From assembly GCA_964594115.1 (NCBI GenBank), contig CAZQLD010000007.1:1-53830 (forward strand): a stretch of 53,830 bases of DNA, given 5' to 3'. Position 1 is the first letter of the stretch. Each line of letters begins with the position of its first letter. A model generated the notes under the pieces. It was given only the letters and a program-made list of their open reading frames with translations. It was not told where the DNA came from and ran no database searches. Below, in pieces: positions 19,253 to 27,835 of the stretch. The translations under genes were made by a program, and so were the position numbers. Source of the DNA: Candidatus Woesearchaeota archaeon. Lineage in GTDB: Archaea > Nanobdellota > Nanobdellia > Pacearchaeales > GW2011-AR1.

Positions 19253-20523
19253 GCTCTTATCATTTTTTCTGCTTGCATTGATATTTCTTGTTTTGTTTTA
19301 CCTTCATTTATTAAATGTTCTATATATTTTGCAAGGTCTTTTTGTAGATGAATTATATTTTGCTGTGTTGGAATGCAAAGATCTGCAAAAACTATCTTCC
19401 CTTGGTTATTCATATGCAGATGATAGTATAATGTTCCTCTTGGTGCTTCTACAACCCCCACTCCAGTAGCTTCTCTTGGCTTTACTTTAATTGGCTTTTC
19501 CTGTTTAATGCTGTTTTTCAGCTCTTCTAGAAGTTCTATGGAATTATCTACTTCATGAAGCATTTCAATTGCCTGAGCTGTGTTATTATTAAAAACACAA
19601 TTATTAGGAAAGATTTTTAGATACTCTAAAGCATCTTTTATTGTATATTTATTTAATCTGTGTTTATTGAGATTTACTCTTGCTAAAGCGCCAACCATAA
19701 AATCTTCAGATTCCCATGTAAATGCTGTAGCTGTTGAATACGGTAAGACAACACGTTCTAGATGAGTCCTATATTTTTCTTCAGGTATTGTTGTTCCATA
19801 AGCTGTTCTAATAACTCCTTTTATAAAATTATAATCATCATTAACCAATCCAACATAATTTGTTTTTCTTTTGAATGTTGTTTGGTCGTTATAGAAAATA
19901 TAAATGATTTTTAAAATTCTTTGCCTGCAGTCATATAATTTTTCTATTGCTTTTTCTATGTCTTGTTTTTTTGGAAGCTGGGTAAATCCTCCGATTACTG
20001 CATTTGGCGGATGAACAGCCCTTCCTCCGATAATTGTAGTGAGAAAGTTTCCTGCTTCTTTTACATGTAGTCCATCATGAATATACTCCTGCTGTTCTTT
20101 GTTGAAATCAAGAACAGAGTCTTTGTTAAATATGTCCGGAAGACAGAAAAAATAAAGATGCATTGCATGGTCTCTTAGATGGCTTCCGTTTCCTAATAAT
20201 TTTCTGAGTTTATATGTTTGTTCTGTAATATTCAATCCAAGAGCTTTTTCAATTGTTTCAATAGAGCAGAGAGTGTGAGCTGAAGAACATGTTCCGCAGA
20301 TTCTTGACATTGTTGTCGGAACTAAATTAAAGTCTAATCCAGTAACAGCCTGTGTGAAAAATCTCTTATTCTCGCTTATCTTTAACTTGCATGACTCTAC
20401 TTTTCCTTGCTTTACTTTAACATCCAAGTGAGTATGCCCTTCTATTTTTGAAATATTCTTTATTGTTATGTCAAAATCTTCGTGCTTATGCATTTTTCCT
20501 CTTTTGCGTCTACTAATAAACAT
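19198..20523 (-). CDS. hydA: [NiFe] hydrogenase large subunit, group 3 (sulfhydrogenase alpha-like)
   Basis: SKIEGH, L1 RICGTCSSAH, VEAPRGTLYYH, and L2 DPCMSCATH plus a short cleavable tail. Confidence 0.92.
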   Translation of the reverse strand: MFISRRKRGKMHKHEDFDITIKNISKIEGHTHLDVKVKQGKVESCKLKISENKRFFTQAVTGLDFNLVPTTMSRICGTCSSAHTLCSIETIEKALGLNITEQTYKLRKLLGNGSHLRDHAMHLYFFCLPDIFNKDSVLDFNKEQQEYIHDGLHVKEAGNFLTTIIGGRAVHPPNAVIGGFTQLPKKQDIEKAIEKLYDCRQRILKIIYIFYNDQTTFKRKTNYVGLVNDDYNFIKGVIRTAYGTTIPEEKYRTHLERVVLPYSTATAFTWESEDFMVGALARVNLNKHRLNKYTIKDALEYLKIFPNNCVFNNNTAQAIEMLHEVDNSIELLEELKNSIKQEKPIKVKPREATGVGVVEAPRGTLYYHLHMNNQGKIVFADLCIPTQQNIIHLQKDLAKYIEHLINEGKTKQEISMQAEKMIRAYDPCMSCATHFLKINWI

Positions 20524-20592
20524 AATGCTTGTTGTTTATAAATATATTTCTTAAGATAATAATTCTTTTAAACCCCTTAACTATCCAAATTT

Positions 20593-22380
20593 ATGAGTGA
20601 AACACTTGTTTCTCTTTTAGACAATGCTGTTGAAAAATATGGTGTAAGAATTGCTATAAAAAGTCAGATAACTGGAGAAAGCTGGACTTATTCTCAACTT
20701 AGACAGCAAGCTTTGAGAGTAAGCAAGACCCTCTGGCAGAAAGGAGTTGGAAAAGGAGACTATGTGGCTATTATCTCTGATAATACCCCTGCTTTTTTAG
20801 CAGCAGATTATGGTGTTTTATATACAGGAGCTGCTTCTGTTCCAATAGATCAGGCTTTAAGGCCAGAAAATCTTTTAAAAGATTATTTAGACCTTGTTAA
20901 ACCTAAATTCATTTTAGCAGAGGAAAAGTATATTGGTAGAGTTAATAATTATGCCAATAATACTCCTTTATTATCTTTTGAAGAAGCATTTGAAAATAAA
21001 CCATGTAGGCCAGATGTGGAAATTGCAGAGAAGAATATATCCACAATTATTTTTTCTTCTGGAACAAGTGCTCAATCAGAGAGAGCATTTAAAGCTGTTG
21101 AACTTTCTCATGGCAATATAGCTTCAAATATTATTGCAACAGAGCATCTCACAACAAGAGCAGAAAGAATTGATGGATATTCCCAAGGGGTTTATTTGAC
21201 AGGAATTGGGAAACAATGGCATTCTTTTGAGTATATGGTGCAAAAAGCATTTTTGAATGCAGGCTGTTTGTTACATTTTACAAATATCCCTAGTTTTAGA
21301 AAAGGCAGTGCAGCAGAAATAAATCCTAACTATAGCCTAATAATCCCTAAAATGGCTAATTGGATGAAAAGAGAGATTGAGAGAGGAATTGAAAAACCAA
21401 AGGGCAGTAAGAAAAAAAGAAATATGCTCTATGCATTTTTTAAATACTTTTTAAAAAATTCAAACCAATTTAATTTTGATAAAGTTAATGAATTACATTC
21501 TAGATTAGACAAGCAGTTACTTGACCAAATAGCAGAACAGATGTTTTATAAGAGGATTAGGAAGAAGTTAGGGGGAAAATTAGGAAAAAATAGGCCTTAC
21601 TTTATTGGTGGATCTGCCCCCTTACCTCTGGAAACCCAGTTATTTTTTTATAGTGTTGGCTTACCTATATATCAGGGTTATGGACTTACAGAGACCTCTC
21701 CTGTTATTTCTGTAAATGTTCCAGAAGATTATAGATTTGGCTCTTCTGGAAGACTTATTTCAGGAGTAGAAGTTATGATTGCAGATGAAGACTATTTAAA
21801 AAAATCAGCAATAAGAGGGGTAGGTGATGGTGAAGAAGGGCTTATTTTAGTTAAAGGGCCTAATGTGTTCCCAGGATATTTAAAAGATTCTGAAAGAACC
21901 AGAAAAGTTTTTATTGAAGGTTGGTTTAATACAGGAGACATAGGCCACCTTGAAAGAGGATTTATTCATGTTACAGGAAGAGATAAAGATATTATTTGCA
22001 CACTTGATGGGGAAAAAGTTTTTTCTACTCTTGTAGAAACCTATTATGCTGCCAAAGGTTTAAATCTGGTCTTAATTGGGAATAACCAAAAGAATGTTGG
22101 GGCTTTGATTATCGCAGATGAAGAAATCAAAGAACAAATAGATTTAGAAGGACAGGAAATAGTTATTGAAAGAATATATAATCAATTATCTAATGCTAAG
22201 GAGAAGTTTAATGTAGATTTTGGTCGGACGTTAGGAAATATAGGATTGATTTTTGATTTTGATGAACATCCAGAATTAATGACAAATACTATGAAGATTC
22301 GAAGGAGGTTGTTTGAGGAAGTTTACGCAGAACAAATAAAGAAAGTTTGCAGTAAAGGGAAAGACTCTAAGTCAAGTTAA
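20593..22380 (+). CDS. Long-chain fatty acid-CoA ligase / AMP-dependent synthetase
   Basis: IIFSSGTS...ELSHGN, QGYGLTETSP, and WFNTGDIG...VTGRDKD. Confidence 0.88.
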   Translation: MSETLVSLLDNAVEKYGVRIAIKSQITGESWTYSQLRQQALRVSKTLWQKGVGKGDYVAIISDNTPAFLAADYGVLYTGAASVPIDQALRPENLLKDYLDLVKPKFILAEEKYIGRVNNYANNTPLLSFEEAFENKPCRPDVEIAEKNISTIIFSSGTSAQSERAFKAVELSHGNIASNIIATEHLTTRAERIDGYSQGVYLTGIGKQWHSFEYMVQKAFLNAGCLLHFTNIPSFRKGSAAEINPNYSLIIPKMANWMKREIERGIEKPKGSKKKRNMLYAFFKYFLKNSNQFNFDKVNELHSRLDKQLLDQIAEQMFYKRIRKKLGGKLGKNRPYFIGGSAPLPLETQLFFYSVGLPIYQGYGLTETSPVISVNVPEDYRFGSSGRLISGVEVMIADEDYLKKSAIRGVGDGEEGLILVKGPNVFPGYLKDSERTRKVFIEGWFNTGDIGHLERGFIHVTGRDKDIICTLDGEKVFSTLVETYYAAKGLNLVLIGNNQKNVGALIIADEEIKEQIDLEGQEIVIERIYNQLSNAKEKFNVDFGRTLGNIGLIFDFDEHPELMTNTMKIRRRLFEEVYAEQIKKVCSKGKDSKSS

Positions 22381-22830
22381 GTATTCATCTATTTTTTTAA
22401 TTAAAAAAGCCTCTTCAACAGGGCAGCCTGGGATGTTGTCATCAACTTTAACAAATTTATTTAATGGAGAGATTTCTTTTATCTGCCTGAATCTGACTAT
22501 CAAGGGAAGGATTTCCCGCTTTTTTTCTTCTGGAAACTTGTTTCTTTGATTTGAAGGGTAGCCATCAACAGCTCCAGAACCTAAAGCAACTAATATCTTG
22601 GTTTTTTTTCTAATCTCTTGCAGCTTTCTTATCTCACTTTCTGTGGATATAGCACCTTCAACAAGTGCAATATCCATCTTTTTTACTTTTTTATCTGTTT
22701 TTAATGCTCTGAAATTAACAATTTTCATTTTTTTCATGTATTCTTCAAACTTTGTATTAAAAGTTTCTATAAATGAGACAGTGCAACCTTCACAGCATGT
22801 AAACGAAAAAACACCTATTTTTTTCTTCAT
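22372..22830 (-). CDS. [NiFe] hydrogenase small subunit (delta-like), truncated
   Basis: FTCCEGC, LVEGAI and IPGCP; likely start MKKKIG at 22830; no C-terminal Fe-S domain. Confidence 0.85.
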   Translation of the reverse strand: MKKKIGVFSFTCCEGCTVSFIETFNTKFEEYMKKMKIVNFRALKTDKKVKKMDIALVEGAISTESEIRKLQEIRKKTKILVALGSGAVDGYPSNQRNKFPEEKKREILPLIVRFRQIKEISPLNKFVKVDDNIPGCPVEEAFLIKKIDEYLT

Positions 22831-22863
22831 GTATATTTTAAACATAAACTATTTAAATAGATT

Positions 22864-23211
22864 ATGTTTTTCCAATTCATGAAAGAGGTGAAAGAACCCT
22901 GGGGTAAGGAGAAGCAATTTTTTTATAATAAAAAATGTACTGTTAAGATATTAGAGGTTAGACCCCATCAAAAATTGAGTCTTCAGTACCATAAAAAAAG
23001 AAGAGAAATGTGGTATTTCTTAACAGATGGATATGTTCAAATGGGATTGAAAAAGAGAAGAGCAAAAAAAGGTGAATTTTTGAATGTCAAGAAAGGACAA
23101 GCCCATAGACTCATGGCAAAAAATAAAACAGTTCAGGTTTTAGAAATCTCTCTAGGAAAATATAAAAAATCCGATGTTATAAGAATGGAGGATAAGTATG
23201 GGCGGGCTTAG
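22864..23211 (+). CDS. Cupin, mannose-6-phosphate isomerase type II C-terminal-like
   Basis: KPWG-like EPWG, LSLQYHKKRREMW, AHRL, and DVIRMEDKYGR. Confidence 0.85.
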   Translation: MFFQFMKEVKEPWGKEKQFFYNKKCTVKILEVRPHQKLSLQYHKKRREMWYFLTDGYVQMGLKKRRAKKGEFLNVKKGQAHRLMAKNKTVQVLEISLGKYKKSDVIRMEDKYGRA

Positions 23212-24055
23212 AGATCTTGAAAAGAAAATAGAGAGAAAAATAAAGAAAAATGAGGTTATAGCTGTTGATCTTGGAGGTACAAATTTAAGGGTTGCAAGGG
23301 TAAGGAATAATAAAATCTTGCAGTATGTTAAGAGGAGAACCCCAAAACAAAGGAATAAGCTGATTATGGCGCTTTATGATACTATAGCTTCTTTAATGAC
23401 TCTAAATGTTAAGGCTATAGGAGTTTCTTCTGCAGGGCCTTTGGAAGCTGGAATTATTAAAAATCCCCCTAATATGCCGCTTCATAATTTTAATATGAAA
23501 GAAAAACTAAAGAAGGTTTTTAATAAAAGGGTAGAGGTTGAGAATGATGCTAATTGTGTTGCAATTGCTGAAGCTAAACTTGGGTGCAAGAAGAAAAATT
23601 TTGTTGTTTTGACTTTAGGAACAGGCATTGGAGGAGGAGTTATAATCAATGGAGATTTGTATATAGGAGAGGGTTATGCTTCTGAGCCAGGGCATATTAT
23701 ACTAGATAGGGGGATGTCATTTGAACAGCTATGGCAGGAAAACAGGAGATTTTGCAAAAAGTGTTTTGGAAGAATGGTATTGTTTAAGGACTTAGTAAAG
23801 AGAAAAGACAGAAAAGCTAAAAAAGTTCTTCAACAAGCTTCAGTAATACTTGGAAAAGGAATTGGAAGTTTAATAGATGTTTTTGACCCTGAGGTTATTA
23901 TTCTTGCCGGAGGGGTAAGAGAGGCAGGTGGCAAGTTCCTTGATCTTATCAAGGAACAAGCTAAAAAATACACTCTTATCCCAAGAACTACTAAGATTGA
24001 GTGGAGCAAACTAGAGCATCCAGGCACGTTAGGGGCGAGTTTGCTGGTGAGTTAA
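23198..24055 (+). CDS. ROK-family sugar kinase (glucokinase-like)
   Basis: AVDLGGT, ENDANC, LGTGIGGG and EPGH. Confidence 0.92.
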   Translation: MGGLRDLEKKIERKIKKNEVIAVDLGGTNLRVARVRNNKILQYVKRRTPKQRNKLIMALYDTIASLMTLNVKAIGVSSAGPLEAGIIKNPPNMPLHNFNMKEKLKKVFNKRVEVENDANCVAIAEAKLGCKKKNFVVLTLGTGIGGGVIINGDLYIGEGYASEPGHIILDRGMSFEQLWQENRRFCKKCFGRMVLFKDLVKRKDRKAKKVLQQASVILGKGIGSLIDVFDPEVIILAGGVREAGGKFLDLIKEQAKKYTLIPRTTKIEWSKLEHPGTLGASLLVS

Positions 24056-24061
24056 GAGTTT

Positions 24062-24778
24062 TTAATTATCAACATATCTATCTAATATTTTATCCAAACC
24101 TCTTTCTTTTATCCAATTTTCATTTAAAGCAGGATCATCAAAACTTCCATCTAAATGGAGATAATTAAAACCTCCTTCTCCAAAACTAGCTGGTCCTTTA
24201 TCATCTACTACTCCAATTTCATTTATTGTTTGCCTTGTGCTCCATCCACTAACACCCTTTTCACATACTCCTCTAAAAATATATTTTAATCCTAAATCAG
24301 TTCCAGGCCAGAAATAGTTCTTAGAAAATAGCTTATCTTTAATCTTACTTAACCACGATTTGCCCCTTAAATCTTCAACTACTTTCCAAAACCAAAAAGT
24401 ATTTCTTCGCCCACGCTGATTTTCTGCTGTATAAGAAACAGGAATTGTGGAAAACCCTCTTCTCTCACAATTATATGCTCCAGCATGCTTATTAAAATAT
24501 TCTCTTTGAAATATAAGTGCTATTTTATCTTTTTCTAATACAGTTACAATACAATCCTTTCTTCCTCTCTCTTTAGGATCCTCTATTCTTATTCTTTCAG
24601 AGTACTTTTTGTCTTCTTCTGATAAGATTACTGTTCCATCTTGTAAAATTTTATTTAATATAATTTCTAATTTAATTCCCTTGTAAGTAACATTTTGGAA
24701 ATCTCCTTTGTCAATTTTAACCTGCCTCTTTAAATCTTTATCTTCTCCCATTTTAACATCTTTCATCAAAAGAACCAC
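24062..24778 (-). CDS. Hypothetical protein (last gene of beta-barrel operon A)
   Basis: 238-aa ORF overlapping the upstream gene; no motif recognised. Confidence 0.65.
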   Translation of the reverse strand: MVLLMKDVKMGEDKDLKRQVKIDKGDFQNVTYKGIKLEIILNKILQDGTVILSEEDKKYSERIRIEDPKERGRKDCIVTVLEKDKIALIFQREYFNKHAGAYNCERRGFSTIPVSYTAENQRGRRNTFWFWKVVEDLRGKSWLSKIKDKLFSKNYFWPGTDLGLKYIFRGVCEKGVSGWSTRQTINEIGVVDDKGPASFGEGGFNYLHLDGSFDDPALNENWIKERGLDKILDRYVDN

Positions 24779-25115
24779 AAAGTCTCCAAAAGTCTTCTAA
24801 CCAAGAAGTTTTTGAAAATTTCTTTCTCCTTTTTTCAATTTCTGCTAATAGATATTCTCTTGCAGATTCCACTTCTAAAGGGCTGAATTGTTTACCAATA
24901 TAATTTCCAACATCATAAAAACCCTTAAATATTTTTTCTATTTTAGATAAATTTTCTCTGTCAAAACTAAATCTATCAGGATAAGATTCGCTAAGAGATA
25001 ATTTTAAACCTATTTCATATGCAGATAATGCCTCAATTCTTGCTTTCTTTGCTACTCCCTTTAAATTTCTATCTAGCTCTTCTAAAACTCTTTTAAGATA
25101 GGGTGTTGTTTTCAT
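24753..25115 (-). CDS. Uncharacterised helical protein, paralog of 38948-39298
   Basis: ATG 25115 follows a GGAGG SD; shares NYxGxQFxPLEVxSARExLLxEIEKR with its paralog. Confidence 0.8.
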   Translation of the reverse strand: MKTTPYLKRVLEELDRNLKGVAKKARIEALSAYEIGLKLSLSESYPDRFSFDRENLSKIEKIFKGFYDVGNYIGKQFSPLEVESAREYLLAEIEKRRKKFSKTSWLEDFWRLCGSFDERC

Positions 25116-25116
25116 C

Positions 25117-25743
25117 TTACTTTCCTCCAAATTTATATTGCAAACTAATAAAAATCATATCATCCTTGTTGTTTCTAAGAACATCTGTATCATAAGACAA
25201 CAATGCACTAAGGTTTTTCGTTATATTTACTGTAAGAGAAGGTCCTATATAGAAAAAAGGCTTTTTCCCATCATCTTTTTTTGCATAACCTAATAAGCCT
25301 GCTTTAAATGTATCATTAAGCTTATAATCTATTGTTGGAATAAAATAAAAATGATTTGCTGACAGGTCATTTAGCCCCCAAAAATATCTTAACTGAGAGT
25401 TTATTGTTAATTTATCATCTAAAGCTTTTATTTGATAATCTGTCCTTATTCCCATCCAGCTTCTATCTTTATTATCAGACTTAAAGTAAAAATAAGGGGT
25501 AAAATTGCCAAACTTCCTTCCTAACATTAAATCAGTTCTCTGAGTTCCTGAAGGTGCAGTATGAATAAAGGGCTTAAATTTAAAAACATCATTTCCTTTA
25601 GTATAACTTAATTCTGTTGAAAATAATTTTATTGTTTCATTTTCAGAGGCTCTTACATTTTTAACACCAGCAAAAAGTACCAAAGGTACTAAAATAGGAG
25701 CTACTATTTTTCTTACAAAGCTTTTAATTCTTGAGCTTTTCAT
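25117..25743 (-). CDS. Secreted predicted beta-barrel protein (small, roughly 8-12 strands)
   Basis: Signal peptide ending VRA; alternating amphipathic strands with aromatic girdle residues; ends FISLQYKF-GGK. Confidence 0.65.
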   Translation of the reverse strand: MKSSRIKSFVRKIVAPILVPLVLFAGVKNVRASENETIKLFSTELSYTKGNDVFKFKPFIHTAPSGTQRTDLMLGRKFGNFTPYFYFKSDNKDRSWMGIRTDYQIKALDDKLTINSQLRYFWGLNDLSANHFYFIPTIDYKLNDTFKAGLLGYAKKDDGKKPFFYIGPSLTVNITKNLSALLSYDTDVLRNNKDDMIFISLQYKFGGK

Positions 25744-26927
25744 TTTTTACCCCCTAAAGGAATATACAAACTAACACTAACATAACTCCTGTCTTTTCTG
25801 TCTTCAAAGAACTGATGTCCTGCTTCTAATTTTACTGGACCTTTCCCTAGAACGCCATGAACTCCATAAGAGTCACTTACTCCTCCAATTCCATTTGTAT
25901 AAGTTCCATAAATTCCTAGATTTCCAAACTGATAGCCTAAATCTCCTTCAATGTATCCTTTTCTTTTTCCAGTTGTATTAATATTCCCTGATACTCTAAA
26001 AGCTAGTCCTTTTTTGCTTCTTTCAACAACAGTTGGTGGCTCAATTGTTGTAACAGGAGAGTTTATTACATGAGGGCTAAGTATGTAGCCCTGATTTCTT
26101 CCTACAAACGCAGGTCCGCTTCCGTTTTTGCTAAAAGTAGGGTTTTCAGCTGTAGTGGATTTAAAAGCAATATTTTCAGAACCATGTTTCCAATCATAAA
26201 TTAATATAGTCCTGTTTCCCCATTTAACATCTCCATGCCTCATAAAATATGCTCCAAGTTTCTTTGTTCTAATGTCATTATCTGGAAGCAATAAACCAAC
26301 TCCTAACTGATGGTTTTTGTCCATGTTCCAAATAGTTTTTCCACTAAAATAATTAATATCCCCTTCAGGAGTGTCAACTTTATCAATTCCAGCTCCAAAA
26401 TTCCATGTTTCTCCAAATCCGTGCTCAAATCCTGCTCCAACCCTTCTGCTGTCGCTTGAAAAACTATCTTCTATGTTTAGAAATAAGTCTAAATCTCCAA
26501 AACTAGTAATTCCCTCCATACCTATTCCTTGCTTGTCTCCTGATTCTCCAAAAACACTAGCAGAATATTCTAAATCTCCAGTTTTAAATCTTGGTATAAT
26601 TAAACCATAAGAATTCCAGTCAGTATCTTTTCCACCTACTTCTCCGTTAAAATGATAACTTCTGAAAATTTCATTAAACCTGCTATACTTGCCGTCAACA
26701 GGAGCAATTCCAATTGTACCTTTAGTCAGATGCTCATCCTTACTTTCAGTATGTTCTAATCTTGTTCTAACAGAATAATTATTTTTTAGAAAATTATTAA
26801 AAGTTACAGGGTTACTTAATGTTCCTGAGTTAGCTGCATTTGCATTTCCAATAATTCCAGCTAAAGTTGTCACAATACCTACCGCAAGTTTTTTCCATAA
26901 TGGCATTTTTTTAGGTTTCATTTTCAC
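25740..26927 (-). CDS. Secreted predicted large beta-barrel (porin-like) protein
   Basis: Signal peptide ending ANA; many Gly/aromatic amphipathic strands; ends YVSVSLYIPL-GGKK. Confidence 0.6.
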   Translation of the reverse strand: MKMKPKKMPLWKKLAVGIVTTLAGIIGNANAANSGTLSNPVTFNNFLKNNYSVRTRLEHTESKDEHLTKGTIGIAPVDGKYSRFNEIFRSYHFNGEVGGKDTDWNSYGLIIPRFKTGDLEYSASVFGESGDKQGIGMEGITSFGDLDLFLNIEDSFSSDSRRVGAGFEHGFGETWNFGAGIDKVDTPEGDINYFSGKTIWNMDKNHQLGVGLLLPDNDIRTKKLGAYFMRHGDVKWGNRTILIYDWKHGSENIAFKSTTAENPTFSKNGSGPAFVGRNQGYILSPHVINSPVTTIEPPTVVERSKKGLAFRVSGNINTTGKRKGYIEGDLGYQFGNLGIYGTYTNGIGGVSDSYGVHGVLGKGPVKLEAGHQFFEDRKDRSYVSVSLYIPLGGKK

Positions 26928-26933
26928 TTAGAA

Positions 26934-27689
26934 TTAAAATCCATAACCTATCCCTACTCCTCCATAGGTGAATTGTTCTGTTGTGTCATCATTTAGAGAA
27001 AGTTGTCTTCTTACAAATCCGTTTATATTCCAGCTTCCTTTTCCTATTCTCACTGAAATTCCAGGAGAAACATGTCTAAATCCATCAATCCCATACATAT
27101 CCCTTGTATAACCCATAGATATTTCAGGAGCTACTGAGACTTCTGCTCCTGCAATTTTCCCTATTGGGAATGCTTTTGAGATTTTTCCTGAAATTGATTC
27201 ACCGTCTGGAGCACCATCTTTAGCAAACATATGAAGCCCGCCAAAACGGGCATCAATAAATCCATTATAAGAAAGTTCTCCTCCGACAAGATAATCAGAT
27301 CTCCACTTATCAGAAACAGGAAAAGTCCAGTTCATAAAAGTTCCACTTAAAGATAATTTATTTGTCAAAGAATGTGTGTAAGTAATCCATGAATCTATTT
27401 CTTGCTTCCCACTATCTTCTCCTCCTCCAATAGCATTAGAATGAAAAAGATTTCCTGAAATAGGGCCCTTGTTGATGCTAAGAAAACTCTGGCTAGATCT
27501 TCTAGCAATTCTGTCCCCAGAAGGAATAACCCAGTCACTTACTATGCTTGTTTCAGCATAACCTCTAATTGGTTCATCTTTAACTTTTTCTAAAGAACCA
27601 CACCCGATAGGCAGGAAAGTTAAAAGAGTGACTAGACCTCCAGCCACAGCATTTCTTATTCTTGATTTAAATGATTTTTCTACTTTCAT
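26934..27689 (-). CDS. Secreted predicted beta-barrel protein resembling TIGR02001/TorF-like putative porins
   Basis: Signal with LPIGC; VSDWV, EIDSWITY and WTFP; C-terminal GGVGIGYGF. Likely start ATG 27689. Confidence 0.7.
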   Translation of the reverse strand: MKVEKSFKSRIRNAVAGGLVTLLTFLPIGCGSLEKVKDEPIRGYAETSIVSDWVIPSGDRIARRSSQSFLSINKGPISGNLFHSNAIGGGEDSGKQEIDSWITYTHSLTNKLSLSGTFMNWTFPVSDKWRSDYLVGGELSYNGFIDARFGGLHMFAKDGAPDGESISGKISKAFPIGKIAGAEVSVAPEISMGYTRDMYGIDGFRHVSPGISVRIGKGSWNINGFVRRQLSLNDDTTEQFTYGGVGIGYGF

Positions 27690-27691
27690 TT

Positions 27692-27710
27692 TATACATAT
27701 ATTATGTGTT
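27692..27710. promoter_or_regulatory. Imperfect inverted-repeat operator TATACATA-N3-TATGTGTT
   Basis: Matches the perfect palindrome at 31415-31433 with the same spacing; lies between the TATA (about 27728-27737) and the start. Confidence 0.45.
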
Positions 27711-27835
27711 TACTACTCATAAGTAATGTATAAACTTTTGAAAGGAATATAAATATTTTTATTAAACTATATAAACTAGTATAAATATATATACATTTTA
27801 GAAAAGCTTTTAAAGGCTGGTTTCTTAGTTGTTTT

